From a virus (lineage: Duplodnaviria > Caudoviricetes), in IMG/VR virus record IMGVR_UViG_3300020059_000006, positions 1 to 35,700 of that record: DNA of 35,700 nucleotides; one strand, 5' to 3'. The position numbers and the translations under genes were made by a program. Positions 24,210 through 32,956 of this stretch are shown piece by piece (position 1 is the stretch's first letter; the number at the start of each line of letters is the position of its first letter). Below the pieces are notes generated by a model, which was not told where the DNA came from, did no database searches, and worked only from the letters and a program-made list of their open reading frames with translations.

Positions 24210-25100
24210 TCAGCTGTCGGAGGTGACGAGCTTCACCGACCGGGTGAACACGGTGCCGTTCGTTCCGGTGCCGTCCTCCGGGACCCGGGCCGCGCCGGCG
24301 AACGTCGACACCACCGACGCGTCGGACAGCTTGTCCGGCACGTACTGGAAGATCTGACGCAGCCCGATCCCACCCTCGTTGGAGATCGCCGAGTCGACCA
24401 CACCGCGCGGCACGACCGGAACCCGGTTCGCGAACGCATACCCGGACTCGTGGTAGGCGTGCGCGGTGCCCGCGGTCAGGCCGGCGGACTCGACGACGGT
24501 GAACCCGCGGTACCGGCCGATGACCGCGTCCCGCAGCGCCGACGGGGTGCCCGCCGCGTCGACCTCGGTGAGCTGCTTGGTGGACAGCAGGAACGTCGCG
24601 AACTCCGGCGACACCGCCAGGTAGCGGGACGCGGTCATCGGCCGGTACCGGCCGAGGAGCTCACGCGCTTCCAGGACAGCCGCGTCGACGTCGGAGCCGT
24701 CAGCGGCGACGGTCAGGTTCGACGACGCGTTGTTCATCGCGGTCGCCAGGGAGTTCTCCGCCCTGGTCGCGACCGCAGCGGTCTGCACGCGGGTGATCTG
24801 ACGGGCGTAGTCCTCGAGGCGTAGCGACAACTCTTCGTCAGAGACCAGCTTCGCGTGGTACAGGTGCTCGAGGGTCACGTTCACCGGGACTTCGGTGACG
24901 TCGTCGTAGGTGATCGTCGCGCCCGGCGTGGCCTGCTTACGGGCGGTCGTCGGCTGCGGAACCCGCACCGTGACCGTGTCACCGTTCGAACCGGCGAACT
25001 CGCCGCCCGGGATCTGCATGACGGTGCGCGGCAACACAAGCTGCCTGGTGAGCAGAGCAACCGCAACGTTCGCGATGCCCTGGGCGGTCAAAACGGCCAT
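24210..25100 (-). CDS. Major capsid protein (HK97 fold, P22-coat-like family)
   Basis: GDTVTVRVP, RYLAVSP, ALRDA.IGR.RGF.V.ES; follows the scaffold gene. Confidence 0.88.
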   Translation of the reverse strand: MAVLTAQGIANVAVALLTRQLVLPRTVMQIPGGEFAGSNGDTVTVRVPQPTTARKQATPGATITYDDVTEVPVNVTLEHLYHAKLVSDEELSLRLEDYARQITRVQTAAVATRAENSLATAMNNASSNLTVAADGSDVDAAVLEARELLGRYRPMTASRYLAVSPEFATFLLSTKQLTEVDAAGTPSALRDAVIGRYRGFTVVESAGLTAGTAHAYHESGYAFANRVPVVPRGVVDSAISNEGGIGLRQIFQYVPDKLSDASVVSTFAGAARVPEDGTGTNGTVFTRSVKLVTSDS

Positions 25101-25134
25101 GGGAACCTATCTCCTAACGGGGGAACGTGCGTGA

Positions 25135-25824
25135 TCAGAATGAGCGGTCAAGGATCGATGAGGCAATCTTCGCCGCATCGACCTGTTGGCCGCCGCCGGA
25201 CGTCGCCGTACCGGGCCTCAGGTTTTCCGTCGGGCGGCCGGAGAGAAGAGACTTCCCTGCGCCCGCGTTGTCGGAGTTTTGCTGTCCGCTACCGCTGTTG
25301 TCGTTCCCGGCGTTCCCGCCGTCCCCGCCGGCCAGGCCCTGCCCGCCGCCGTTCTGCCCGCCATCGGATCCGCTCGAGCTTGACCCGCTACCGTTGCCCT
25401 TCCCCCCGGCATCGCCGCCGTCTGCGCCGAGCTTCACACCCATCTGCTTGAGCGTCTCGACGAGCTCTTTCCCCTCACGCTCGAGGTCTTCTTTCGTGGT
25501 GCCGGTCAGCTTGTCCGTGAAGAACTTCGGCAACTTCAGCTGGTCCGCGACGTCACGGCGGATGGTCTCCCGTTCCGCCTTTTCGGCACGGTCGGTCAAC
25601 TGCCGGACCGCGTCGGTCAGCTTGTCGACGTCCGACTTCTGCTTGTCCGCCGACTCCGCCCTCGCCTTGAGGTCGTTGTAGTCGGCGAACTTGCCGCGCT
25701 CACGCGTCAGCCGGTCCGCGACGATACGGTCCACTTCGTCCTGCGTGAACCCGCGCTTGCCGTCGCCGCCTGCATTGCTGCCGCCGCCGTTGTTGCCACT
25801 GTTGCCGCCGTCGCCGTCCGCCAC
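25135..25824 (-). CDS. Capsid scaffolding protein
   Basis: FTQDEVDRIV..RL.RER.KFADY.DLKA; Gly-rich linkers; G.T.E.L motif. Confidence 0.85.
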   Translation of the reverse strand: MADGDGGNSGNNGGGSNAGGDGKRGFTQDEVDRIVADRLTRERGKFADYNDLKARAESADKQKSDVDKLTDAVRQLTDRAEKAERETIRRDVADQLKLPKFFTDKLTGTTKEDLEREGKELVETLKQMGVKLGADGGDAGGKGNGSGSSSSGSDGGQNGGGQGLAGGDGGNAGNDNSGSGQQNSDNAGAGKSLLSGRPTENLRPGTATSGGGQQVDAAKIASSILDRSF

Positions 25825-25922
25825 TGTTTGCTCCCCTGTCCACCGGCCCTACCAGGCCGTCACCGGCCCTTTCTGGGCGGGCCGTCACGCACAGGTTATA
25901 CGCCACTCCCCGCGGCAGGCCC

Positions 25923-26555
25923 TCAACTGTTCCGGCCCGGCCGTTCATACAGCAGTTCACCCGTGCACGCGCAATGCCCGTGTGCCGGAAACTCCGCCGA
26001 CCTCTGTGTCTTGTACACCGGGCCGCGGGACGCCAGCATCAGGCAGAACGCGCACGGCGACCCCGACGTCACCCGGTCAAACCCGCGAACCTGCGGGTCA
26101 TCGTGCATGCCACGGATCACCGTGCGGCGACCGCCGGAAAGCACCAGCTTCCCGACCTCGCCGGCCACCTTGACCAGCGCGTTGTCTTTCGCCCGAGCCA
26201 GATCGGAGCCACGACGGCGGGCGTTCACCACACCGGTGATCACCGCACCGCGGATCAGACCGGCCGCCTGGTCGACGTCGAGTGGCGACGCAGCCCGGAA
26301 CCGGACCCGCCCTGGCACGCCTTCCGCATCCCGGAACCGGGTGAGGTATCGGACGGTGTCGTCGGCGCCGCGCCGTCCGAGGTTCACTGCTATCGCGGCG
26401 ACCGCCGACGAGAAAAACTCGACCGTCGACGAGAGCGCCGACGCGTCGAGCCCCGCCCACAGCCGGACCACTCGTCGCAGCGCGTCCGCGCGCACCGCGA
26501 TCTGCGCCGCCCGGTACTCGCGGGTCAGTGTGGCTGCTTCCTGCGTCTCGGCCAC
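25923..26555 (-). CDS. Minor head / capsid maturation protein (MuF-like, VG15-type)
   Basis: GGR.TV..D....F.RV....PC.FC.MLASRG.VY..H.HC.C; lies between portal and scaffold. Confidence 0.75.
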   Translation of the reverse strand: MAETQEAATLTREYRAAQIAVRADALRRVVRLWAGLDASALSSTVEFFSSAVAAIAVNLGRRGADDTVRYLTRFRDAEGVPGRVRFRAASPLDVDQAAGLIRGAVITGVVNARRRGSDLARAKDNALVKVAGEVGKLVLSGGRRTVIRGMHDDPQVRGFDRVTSGSPCAFCLMLASRGPVYKTQRSAEFPAHGHCACTGELLYERPGRNS

Positions 26556-26558
26556 CGG

Positions 26559-27980
26559 TCAGACCTTCACGCCTGGCGGGATGATGATCCCCCTGCCTGG
26601 CTCCCCGGGTGCCCCACCACCGGTCTGGGCGTCGAGTAGCTGGTTCATCCGGTTAATCGAGTCACCCTCTTCAAACGCAGCCTTCCACCGCTCGACGTCT
26701 TGTTTCGTGGCTCCCGGGATCCGCGACCACAGCTCCTGCGGCGGCACCTGCAACATCTGTGCGATCTTCCCGAGCCCGTCAACGACCGCACCGAACGCCC
26801 GCGCCGAGGTGTCCTCGTACAGCACTTCCACGTCGTCGGGGAGCTCGAGGTTCTCGTAGGCGACAGCGAGGCGCAGCGTCTGCTCATGCGATTCGCCCTG
26901 CCCCGTCTTGCGTTCCTCAACCATCCGGTCCCGGCCCACCTCTGCTGCAGAGGTGGGCCGGGACCGGAGGTTGACCAACTCGCCGATCAGCTCGTGGACG
27001 GGTGTCTGCGACAGCGTCGCCGCGTACTTCGCCGACTCGCCCCGCGAGTCCAGGTAGCCGCGGAGGTCGGTTTGGCTGAACTCGCCGACCCGCATATTGT
27101 CCGGGTCTTCGTCGAACGTCCACAGCTGCGACGCAGCGGCTTTCATCCGCTCGTCCTCGGACGCCGGTTTCCAGCCGATCGCCCACCGCTGACGGAACGC
27201 CGAATACCACTCCGCCCCTTTGAGGCTGAACGTGGTCAGGTTCATCTGGTCTTGGATCTCGATGAGCGGGGCCACCTGCCCGCCCGTGATCGTCGTCGAC
27301 GGGCCGGCCTGCAGCCCTGAGCCGATACCCGACTCTGGTTCGTCGTCCTCGTCGAGGTCTTCGGCGTCCCGGAACCTGACGACCGGGGTGACCCCGGCTT
27401 GATGCTCACGCGGCGCGCCGGACATCTCAAGCTGATCGGATCCGTCCGGGGCGGCCATCAGGTACACGGCTTCGCCGTCGAACAGCCGGTACCGGCCGCC
27501 CTGCCCCATCCACTCGAGTGCGAACTCCGGCCACAGATCATCGTCGCCGTACATGGCGGTCAGTTTCCGCGGCGACACTGTTTTGATGACCGGCGCCGGC
27601 GTGCCCGGCAGGACGATCGTGTACCCGGCCCCGTACGCGGTCGTTGCCCGGACAAGCCCGGCCTGCCTGCGGTCCATCGCGTTGCGCTGCCAAATCTGCC
27701 ACGCCCGGTCCACCACGGAGTCCTGCTCCTGGTCGGGGGTACGGATCGACACGACCCGCAACGACTGGGTGATGGACTCCACCACGATTTTGATGATGTT
27801 CACCCGGGCAATGCGGGCCATCTCCCGAACCTCCCGCGGCGCCGACGTCGGGATCACCGCAGGGAGTGGCTGCCTGCCCTTCCAGTACCGGCGGATCACG
27901 TCGAGCTGGGCGCGTTCCGCCGTCTGGATGTTGCGTAGCTCCTGGGCGACGCTGACCGCCTGATCCGAGGTCATGACCAT
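26559..27980 (-). CDS. Portal protein (SPP1 gp6-like)
   Basis: YWKG.Q, W.IWQ.N.MD, PVVRF, AFRQRWA.G, GEF..TDL, LW..IPG. Confidence 0.9.
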   Translation of the reverse strand: MVMTSDQAVSVAQELRNIQTAERAQLDVIRRYWKGRQPLPAVIPTSAPREVREMARIARVNIIKIVVESITQSLRVVSIRTPDQEQDSVVDRAWQIWQRNAMDRRQAGLVRATTAYGAGYTIVLPGTPAPVIKTVSPRKLTAMYGDDDLWPEFALEWMGQGGRYRLFDGEAVYLMAAPDGSDQLEMSGAPREHQAGVTPVVRFRDAEDLDEDDEPESGIGSGLQAGPSTTITGGQVAPLIEIQDQMNLTTFSLKGAEWYSAFRQRWAIGWKPASEDERMKAAASQLWTFDEDPDNMRVGEFSQTDLRGYLDSRGESAKYAATLSQTPVHELIGELVNLRSRPTSAAEVGRDRMVEERKTGQGESHEQTLRLAVAYENLELPDDVEVLYEDTSARAFGAVVDGLGKIAQMLQVPPQELWSRIPGATKQDVERWKAAFEEGDSINRMNQLLDAQTGGGAPGEPGRGIIIPPGVKV

Positions 27981-27981
27981 G

Positions 27982-30750
27982 TCAAAACGCTGCCTTCCCG
28001 CTACGTTGACGCACCTTCCCGGAGTTCAACACGATCCGGCGTCCCATCCTCGCACCCACCATCGCTACGGCGAGGTCGACGTGATCGCTGGACCCGCGGG
28101 TTTTCTTCGACAACGACTCACCCCACGGGTTCGGCCGCCGCTTCGCATGCGACACGTGACGGCGCAACCGCGGGTCGCCGTCCCACACCAGCGTCCCGAA
28201 CTCGTCGATGTCCAGGCGGGTCATCATCGCAGCCTGCGTGAACTGGGCGTTGCGTTGCGGCCCGCCCAACGTCTTGATCCGCATATCGAACAACACGCTC
28301 GACCCGCGGACGTCCCCGCCCGTCGCCCACACCTTCAGCTTCTTGCGGTAGTCGCGGTGCCACGCGTCGACCAGGGCCATCCAGTACAGCGACTCGTCGG
28401 AGTCGTCGAGCGCCGGCGACGGGTCCACACCGAACCACTCAACCCGGTACGTGTCGAACGTCGCCCGGACTTTCGCGTCGACCTCTTCCCTCGGCGCCAA
28501 CCACGTCTCGCCGCGCTTACCGGGCGGCCGGGACCAGCACCCGAGGGTGAACACGAACCCGTCGGACAGCCTGCACCCCATGAGCGCGGTCGTGTCCGAC
28601 GATTTCGAACAGTCCAGGAACATCGTGATCTGCTGTCCGGTCTGCATGTCGTTGCGGCGGGCCAGCAGGTTGAACTTCGTCACCGAGCACCAGGCGTCTT
28701 CGTCTTCGCCGAGCCCGTTCAGGTAGTACCGGATGGAATCGGCCAGCGTGGTCTCCGAGTCGTAAACCTCGCCGATCTTCCGCTCGATGTCCGTCCACGG
28801 GGCGTCGCAATACGCCGCCCGGATACCTTCCCGCAGGGAATCTTCGTCGGCGAGGTTCGTGTTCGGCGGGGCCTCAATCGAGTCATACAGGATGTCGACC
28901 AGCTTCGACCGGCCCTCGACCTGGTCGAGCCAGGCCTGATAGGTGCGTTCGGCGATGGTGTCTTCGCCCTGCATGTGCGCGTTCGTGCCGTCACACATGC
29001 GGGCCTGAATGTAGATCGGCGACTTCCCGACGTTGCGGCGGGCCACGGCCGCCGTCTTGTGCCCGCCGTTCGTGGAGGTCATGTGGTGCGTGTTGTGGGT
29101 GGTTTTGAACCCGCTGGCGAGGAACAGATGGTCGGCGGAGTCCACGGCTATGCAGCGGACCGGCACCGACGGTGCCGCCGTCACTGCCGCCACACGCACC
29201 CACCCGGATTGGCAGGTCGGAGGCAGAAGCCTAGACACCTTCCTCGACATTCGGGCCGACGGCCGATCAGATCTCCCAACCCACTCGACCCGGTGAACTA
29301 GCTGGTAGGACGCCTTCCGGTTGTCGTCGCGGGCTGATCTTTGAACGACGTGCCCAAGCGAACGGGCCAGCTCTGCGACGGCATCCGCAAGGCGCTCGTT
29401 CGTGTTCACGAAGATGACCCGCCCGTTTTTGTCGACGCAACCGTCCGTGTCGACCAGCCCCTGCAACAACGACAGACGCTGGTCCGCCGACGCACGCAGG
29501 TACACCTCCGGGACGTGCTTGTCGTCCAGCACGCCCGCCCGTAGCAGCCCGGCCCGGAACCCCGCACCGTACGGGCCCTTCTTCGCCTGCGGCGCCGCGA
29601 ACGTCAGCTCAATCCCGGTCGGGATCTGCCGGCGGAACCGCAACGGCCATCCCAGCCGCAAAGACTCAGCCATCCACCAGGAGACATCCTCCGCCCCCGT
29701 GGTGATCGCCACCTGGCCGCGGGTGCCGTCGCCCAGCCACACACCCAACAGGTACGGCTCTACCGGCAGATCCGCCTCCGGCAGGTCCACCGGTTCCGGG
29801 GTTCGAACCATCCACCGGCCACCCGCCGCCAAGTCCGCCGTCGTGACAACCCGGACACCCCGGTCGGGGCGGCGGGCATCCCGCACCTCCCACAGGTGCC
29901 CGGCGTCCGCGACGATCGTGTCCCCGTCGCCGAACGTCACCCGATAGCAGGGACGGCCCTCGTACGTTTCGGTTGCCTTGACAACCCGCGACGGCCGGCC
30001 GTCCGGGCTAAGCACCAGGTCGCCGACGGACAGGGCGCCCATGGTCGTCCAACCGGACGGCGTCGGGATTGGCGTGTCCAGCGCTAGGGCCTCGTTCAGG
30101 AAGATGAACGTCGCAGGGTCGCCCTCCGCTGTCTCCTCCGACGCGGTCAGGATCTCGAACCGGCCACCGGTGTCCTTGAGAATCGTGCGGGTCTGCCCGC
30201 AGTCGATCCCGAAGTATTGGCGGGTCTCGGACGGCAGCATCGCGTTAGCGATCCGCAGCACGTCCTTCGACTGGGCTTCGGAGTTCGACGCGACCTGGAC
30301 GAGCGGCATGCGGTGCCGGGAACCGACCCATTCACCGGTGTCCGGGTGCACGGCGAGACGGGCCGGGCCGATAAATTCGATGTTGCATAGGGCGGCTCCG
30401 CGGGGGTCCTTCCCGGTTCCCTTCGCGCCGCGGATCACGCCGCGCCGCCAGATCCACCGGGCTCCGACCTCGGCGTCTGGCCGCCACGAATACCACTGGT
30501 GGAGGTATCGCCGCTGCCCGGGCGTGAACTGCCACTTTTCGCCGGTGATGGGGTGGATGAGCCCGGGGACGCCGGTCTCGTCGTAGGTGCGCCACTCCGC
30601 CCAGTTGATGATCTGAGGGCCGATCGACGGTGGCAGGTCCGAGAGGTCGGCCGGCCACGGCAGAGTCATGAGCGCCCGCGTCCCATACCACCGATCTCGG
30701 TAATAGCCGGCGGGCAGCTCGAGCGCAGGCGGTTCAGCGACCGCCGTCAT
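27982..30750 (-). CDS. terL: Terminase large subunit containing an intein
   Basis: Walker A GAKGTGKD, Walker B FIFLNE|THH, TNA coupling motif, nuclease FLDCSKSSD.T and VDLAVA. Confidence 0.92.
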   Translation of the reverse strand: MTAVAEPPALELPAGYYRDRWYGTRALMTLPWPADLSDLPPSIGPQIINWAEWRTYDETGVPGLIHPITGEKWQFTPGQRRYLHQWYSWRPDAEVGARWIWRRGVIRGAKGTGKDPRGAALCNIEFIGPARLAVHPDTGEWVGSRHRMPLVQVASNSEAQSKDVLRIANAMLPSETRQYFGIDCGQTRTILKDTGGRFEILTASEETAEGDPATFIFLNEALALDTPIPTPSGWTTMGALSVGDLVLSPDGRPSRVVKATETYEGRPCYRVTFGDGDTIVADAGHLWEVRDARRPDRGVRVVTTADLAAGGRWMVRTPEPVDLPEADLPVEPYLLGVWLGDGTRGQVAITTGAEDVSWWMAESLRLGWPLRFRRQIPTGIELTFAAPQAKKGPYGAGFRAGLLRAGVLDDKHVPEVYLRASADQRLSLLQGLVDTDGCVDKNGRVIFVNTNERLADAVAELARSLGHVVQRSARDDNRKASYQLVHRVEWVGRSDRPSARMSRKVSRLLPPTCQSGWVRVAAVTAAPSVPVRCIAVDSADHLFLASGFKTTHNTHHMTSTNGGHKTAAVARRNVGKSPIYIQARMCDGTNAHMQGEDTIAERTYQAWLDQVEGRSKLVDILYDSIEAPPNTNLADEDSLREGIRAAYCDAPWTDIERKIGEVYDSETTLADSIRYYLNGLGEDEDAWCSVTKFNLLARRNDMQTGQQITMFLDCSKSSDTTALMGCRLSDGFVFTLGCWSRPPGKRGETWLAPREEVDAKVRATFDTYRVEWFGVDPSPALDDSDESLYWMALVDAWHRDYRKKLKVWATGGDVRGSSVLFDMRIKTLGGPQRNAQFTQAAMMTRLDIDEFGTLVWDGDPRLRRHVSHAKRRPNPWGESLSKKTRGSSDHVDLAVAMVGARMGRRIVLNSGKVRQRSGKAAF
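29092..30090 (-). mobile_element. Class 3 intein (333 aa) with LAGLIDADG homing endonuclease
   Basis: Starts with Ala (ALALDTPIPTPSGW); block B ADAGHLW; block F VRCIAVD; ends TTHN|T. LAGLIDADG motifs LLGVWLGDG and LLQGLVDTDG. Confidence 0.9.
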
Positions 30751-30913
30751 TGGCCCGCACCGTGAACGATTGACACACGTACGGGCCGACCATCGCGGCA
30801 GCCCAGAGACGATCGGAGTATGCGGACACGATGGGGACTTGCCACCAGATCCACGGAACCCGGCGGTGTCGGGCGCGGCGGTGCCACACCGACCGAGACA
30901 CGACGCGGGTCAT
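30734..30913 (-). CDS. Small hypothetical protein
   Basis: ATGA-coupled to the upstream gene; overlaps the terL start by 17 nt. Confidence 0.4.
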   Translation of the reverse strand: MTRVVSRSVWHRRARHRRVPWIWWQVPIVSAYSDRLWAAAMVGPYVCQSFTVRANDGGR

Positions 30914-31245
30914 GCCTTCGTCACGATCAAGGCGACGATCCCGGCCAGCGCCGACAGGGCACCGATCAACACCGCCAGCTTCTGCCACGGCGACCACCGA
31001 TCCGACCCGGCCGCACGCCGCGTGTCCTCCGCCTCCTTGAGCGCTTGCGCCGTGGAGACGACCGTCCGCCGGTCCGCGTCGGCTGCGTCGGCGAGGCGCT
31101 GCAACGCCAACTTCACCCCGGCGAGCTCGGTGCCCATCCGGTCGACGCTGCCGTTAATGGCAGCGAAATGCCGGTCGTGAGTGGCTAGGCGGGCGTCGAT
31201 CCCGCCTGCGACGTGCCCGCGGTCGTACTCCTCCCGGTCGGTCAC
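30910..31245 (-). CDS. Coiled-coil protein with C-terminal TM helix
   Basis: RL..HD.HFA.INGS coiled coil, then LAVLIGALSALAGIVALIV. Confidence 0.7.
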   Translation of the reverse strand: MTDREEYDRGHVAGGIDARLATHDRHFAAINGSVDRMGTELAGVKLALQRLADAADADRRTVVSTAQALKEAEDTRRAAGSDRWSPWQKLAVLIGALSALAGIVALIVTKA

Positions 31246-31718
31246 GCCCCGGCCCCGTACATCTGCCGGAAGTCGTCCATCTTCGTCACCGACGCACCCG
31301 CCGCGGTCGGCGCCACCTCAACCTCTTCCCGCTTCGTCGCCTCAGACGGCGCAACGTACCTGATACGCATGTCCTTACGCGCGTCCACCGTTGTGCCCAT
31401 CCGACGCTCCCGGGCCCGGATCTCCGTCATCGACCCGCCGCCTTCGGTGTACCGGGCGTGGCCTTCCGCGGTCAGGAAGGCGAACTCCCAGTCGGTCGCC
31501 GTCCACACCTTCGCGTGCGGCATCGTCCGGATCGCCTCCCACCAGCGCAGGGTCGCCGCGGGCCACACACCGTCCCGGCGCACACCGTGGAAGTAGCTGT
31601 GCCGTCTGGGCAGCTTGGGGCCTTCGAACGGCACGTCGGGGTACTCGTCGAACTCGAGCACGGCCATCCGGTTACGGACCTGCGACCGGTCGTCTCTGGG
31701 TTTCGGCCCTGAATGCAT
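31242..31718 (-). CDS. terS: Terminase small subunit
   Basis: GPKP, WP..T.RWW....PHA..W...DW, EIR.RE..MGTT.D.R..MRI.Y; upstream of terL. Confidence 0.85.
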   Translation of the reverse strand: MHSGPKPRDDRSQVRNRMAVLEFDEYPDVPFEGPKLPRRHSYFHGVRRDGVWPAATLRWWEAIRTMPHAKVWTATDWEFAFLTAEGHARYTEGGGSMTEIRARERRMGTTVDARKDMRIRYVAPSEATKREEVEVAPTAAGASVTKMDDFRQMYGAGA

Positions 31719-31820
31719 CGGTTCCCGCCTTCCCGGCGTGCCGCGGTGATGGTGCCCCGCCGGCCCGGTCACCGCGTCCGCCCGGGCGGGCGTGCACCCA
31801 TCATCGCACCCCGGACAGGC

Positions 31821-31856
31821 GGGACGGCCCCGGCGACAACTGACCGGGGCCGTCCC
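31821..31856. terminator. Stem-loop ending the RHH/membrane operon
   Basis: Perfect 13-bp inverted repeat GGGACGGCCCCGG/CCGGGGCCGTCCC. Confidence 0.7.
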
Positions 31857-31875
31857 TAACCTTCCCGACTGCAGG

Positions 31876-31989
31876 CTACTTCGGGTGCATGTTCGTGACC
31901 ACGATGTAGCCGACGATCAGCGCCGTGATCACGAATAGCGTGACCCCGGCCCACCCGCCGCTGCCGGGCTCACGATGATCGCCTCCCAC
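31876..31989 (-). CDS. 37-aa single-TM peptide (not in the ORF track)
   Basis: GTG start after AAGGGGGGA; VGGDHREPGSGGWAGVTLFVITALIVGYIVVTNMHPK. Confidence 0.55.
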   Translation of the reverse strand: MGGDHREPGSGGWAGVTLFVITALIVGYIVVTNMHPK

Positions 31990-32005
31990 TAGATCCCCCC
32001 TTCTC

Positions 32006-32239
32006 CTATTTGGTCGCTAGCCACACGAAGGCCAGCAACGCCCCTCCGGCCAGCAGGCCACGGACGAACGGACGCCGGATCAGCGACATGACCACGGCCG
32101 CACCGATCAGGCACATGATGATGACGATTAGTGCCTTCCCGCCGCCGGCGATGAGGTCGCTCAGGTCGTGCGCCTTACGGGTGACGTCGTCGGCGCCGGG
32201 CGTCGGCAGCGGCACCACGACGCCGAGGACCCGGGTCAC
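32006..32239 (-). CDS. Small 2-TM membrane protein
   Basis: Hydrophobic helices; GTGA overlap with the upstream gene. Confidence 0.65.
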   Translation of the reverse strand: MTRVLGVVVPLPTPGADDVTRKAHDLSDLIAGGGKALIVIIMCLIGAAVVMSLIRRPFVRGLLAGGALLAFVWLATK

Positions 32240-32436
32240 GCCCGGCCTCGCTCTTGCAAGGTCACCCGGCGGTCAGCGATCCGGCCCGGCTTCCACAGCG
32301 CCACCATGACCATCACCGACCCGGTGAGCAGCGCCAAGGCGGACACGTAGAACACACCGACGGCGATGGTGGCGAACAGGGTGAGGGCGCACACGGCGAC
32401 CACAATCCAGGCGGCGATGGTGGCGAGGGTGTTCAT
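32236..32436 (-). CDS. Small 2-TM membrane protein
   Basis: MNTLATIAAWIVVAVCALTLF...; ATGA overlap; CAGGAAG RBS. Confidence 0.65.
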   Translation of the reverse strand: MNTLATIAAWIVVAVCALTLFATIAVGVFYVSALALLTGSVMVMVALWKPGRIADRRVTLQERGRA

Positions 32437-32708
32437 GACTTCCTGCCTTCTTTCCGGGTTGAGTATGTTGCCGTGCGCATCCAGTACAACTTCCCGTCCT
32501 GAACCCACAACGCGTAGTCGCCGCGCCGCTGGTAAGCGCCAGGGGCCGGGCACGGGATGTTCTGGCAGATCATGTCGGGGTCGCGTCGCATGAACTCGCC
32601 GGCGTCCACGGGCGGGGCCGGCGTGAAGGTGTCCGTGCGGAAGGACAGGACCAGCGCTGCGACGGCGACCGCCAGGAGCGCGAGGAGAGTCCAGACGGCG
32701 ACGATCAC
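32433..32708 (-). CDS. Membrane-anchored or secreted small protein
   Basis: N-terminal hydrophobic helix, C.N.PC, GTGA overlap. Confidence 0.65.
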   Translation of the reverse strand: MIVAVWTLLALLAVAVAALVLSFRTDTFTPAPPVDAGEFMRRDPDMICQNIPCPAPGAYQRRGDYALWVQDGKLYWMRTATYSTRKEGRKS

Positions 32709-32956
32709 CCGTCGGCCCGTCCCGGTTCGGTCTGGTCAGCGCGCTGGGTGAGCGCGCGCTCGACGTAGTCCGCTCCGCAGGGCGGGGCGCTGACCCCCAG
32801 TTCGGCACGCGTCTTGCGGTTGAGCTCGGTGATCGCCCGGCGGACGTAGTTGGACACGTTGGTCAGCCGGCCCTCGCGCGCGGCGAGGTGAGCATCCAGG
32901 GTCTTCGCCTCTTCGTACAGGGCTTCATCGACGGTGATCTTCGTGCGTGCGGACAT
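32705..32956 (-). CDS. Ribbon-helix-helix-like DNA-binding protein
   Basis: Beta strand RTKITVD, helix EALYEEAK, then NVSNYVRRAI; strong AGAGGAG RBS. Confidence 0.65.
   Translation of the reverse strand: MSARTKITVDEALYEEAKTLDAHLAAREGRLTNVSNYVRRAITELNRKTRAELGVSAPPCGADYVERALTQRADQTEPGRADG

Noticed and set aside
15312-24824. Long plus-strand ORFs (e.g. 15312-17189, 18450-20159, 22842-24824)
   Set aside because: Antisense shadows of real minus-strand genes, expected in high-GC DNA; no recognisable motifs.
25180-25420. Low-complexity GGC/AAC repeats
   Set aside because: They encode the Gly/Asn/Ser linker of the scaffold protein and are not a separate DNA element.
30088-30430. Atypical TerL Walker motifs (GKD, LNE) as a sign of inactivation
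   Set aside because: These variants are, to my knowledge, normal for this actinophage terminase subfamily.
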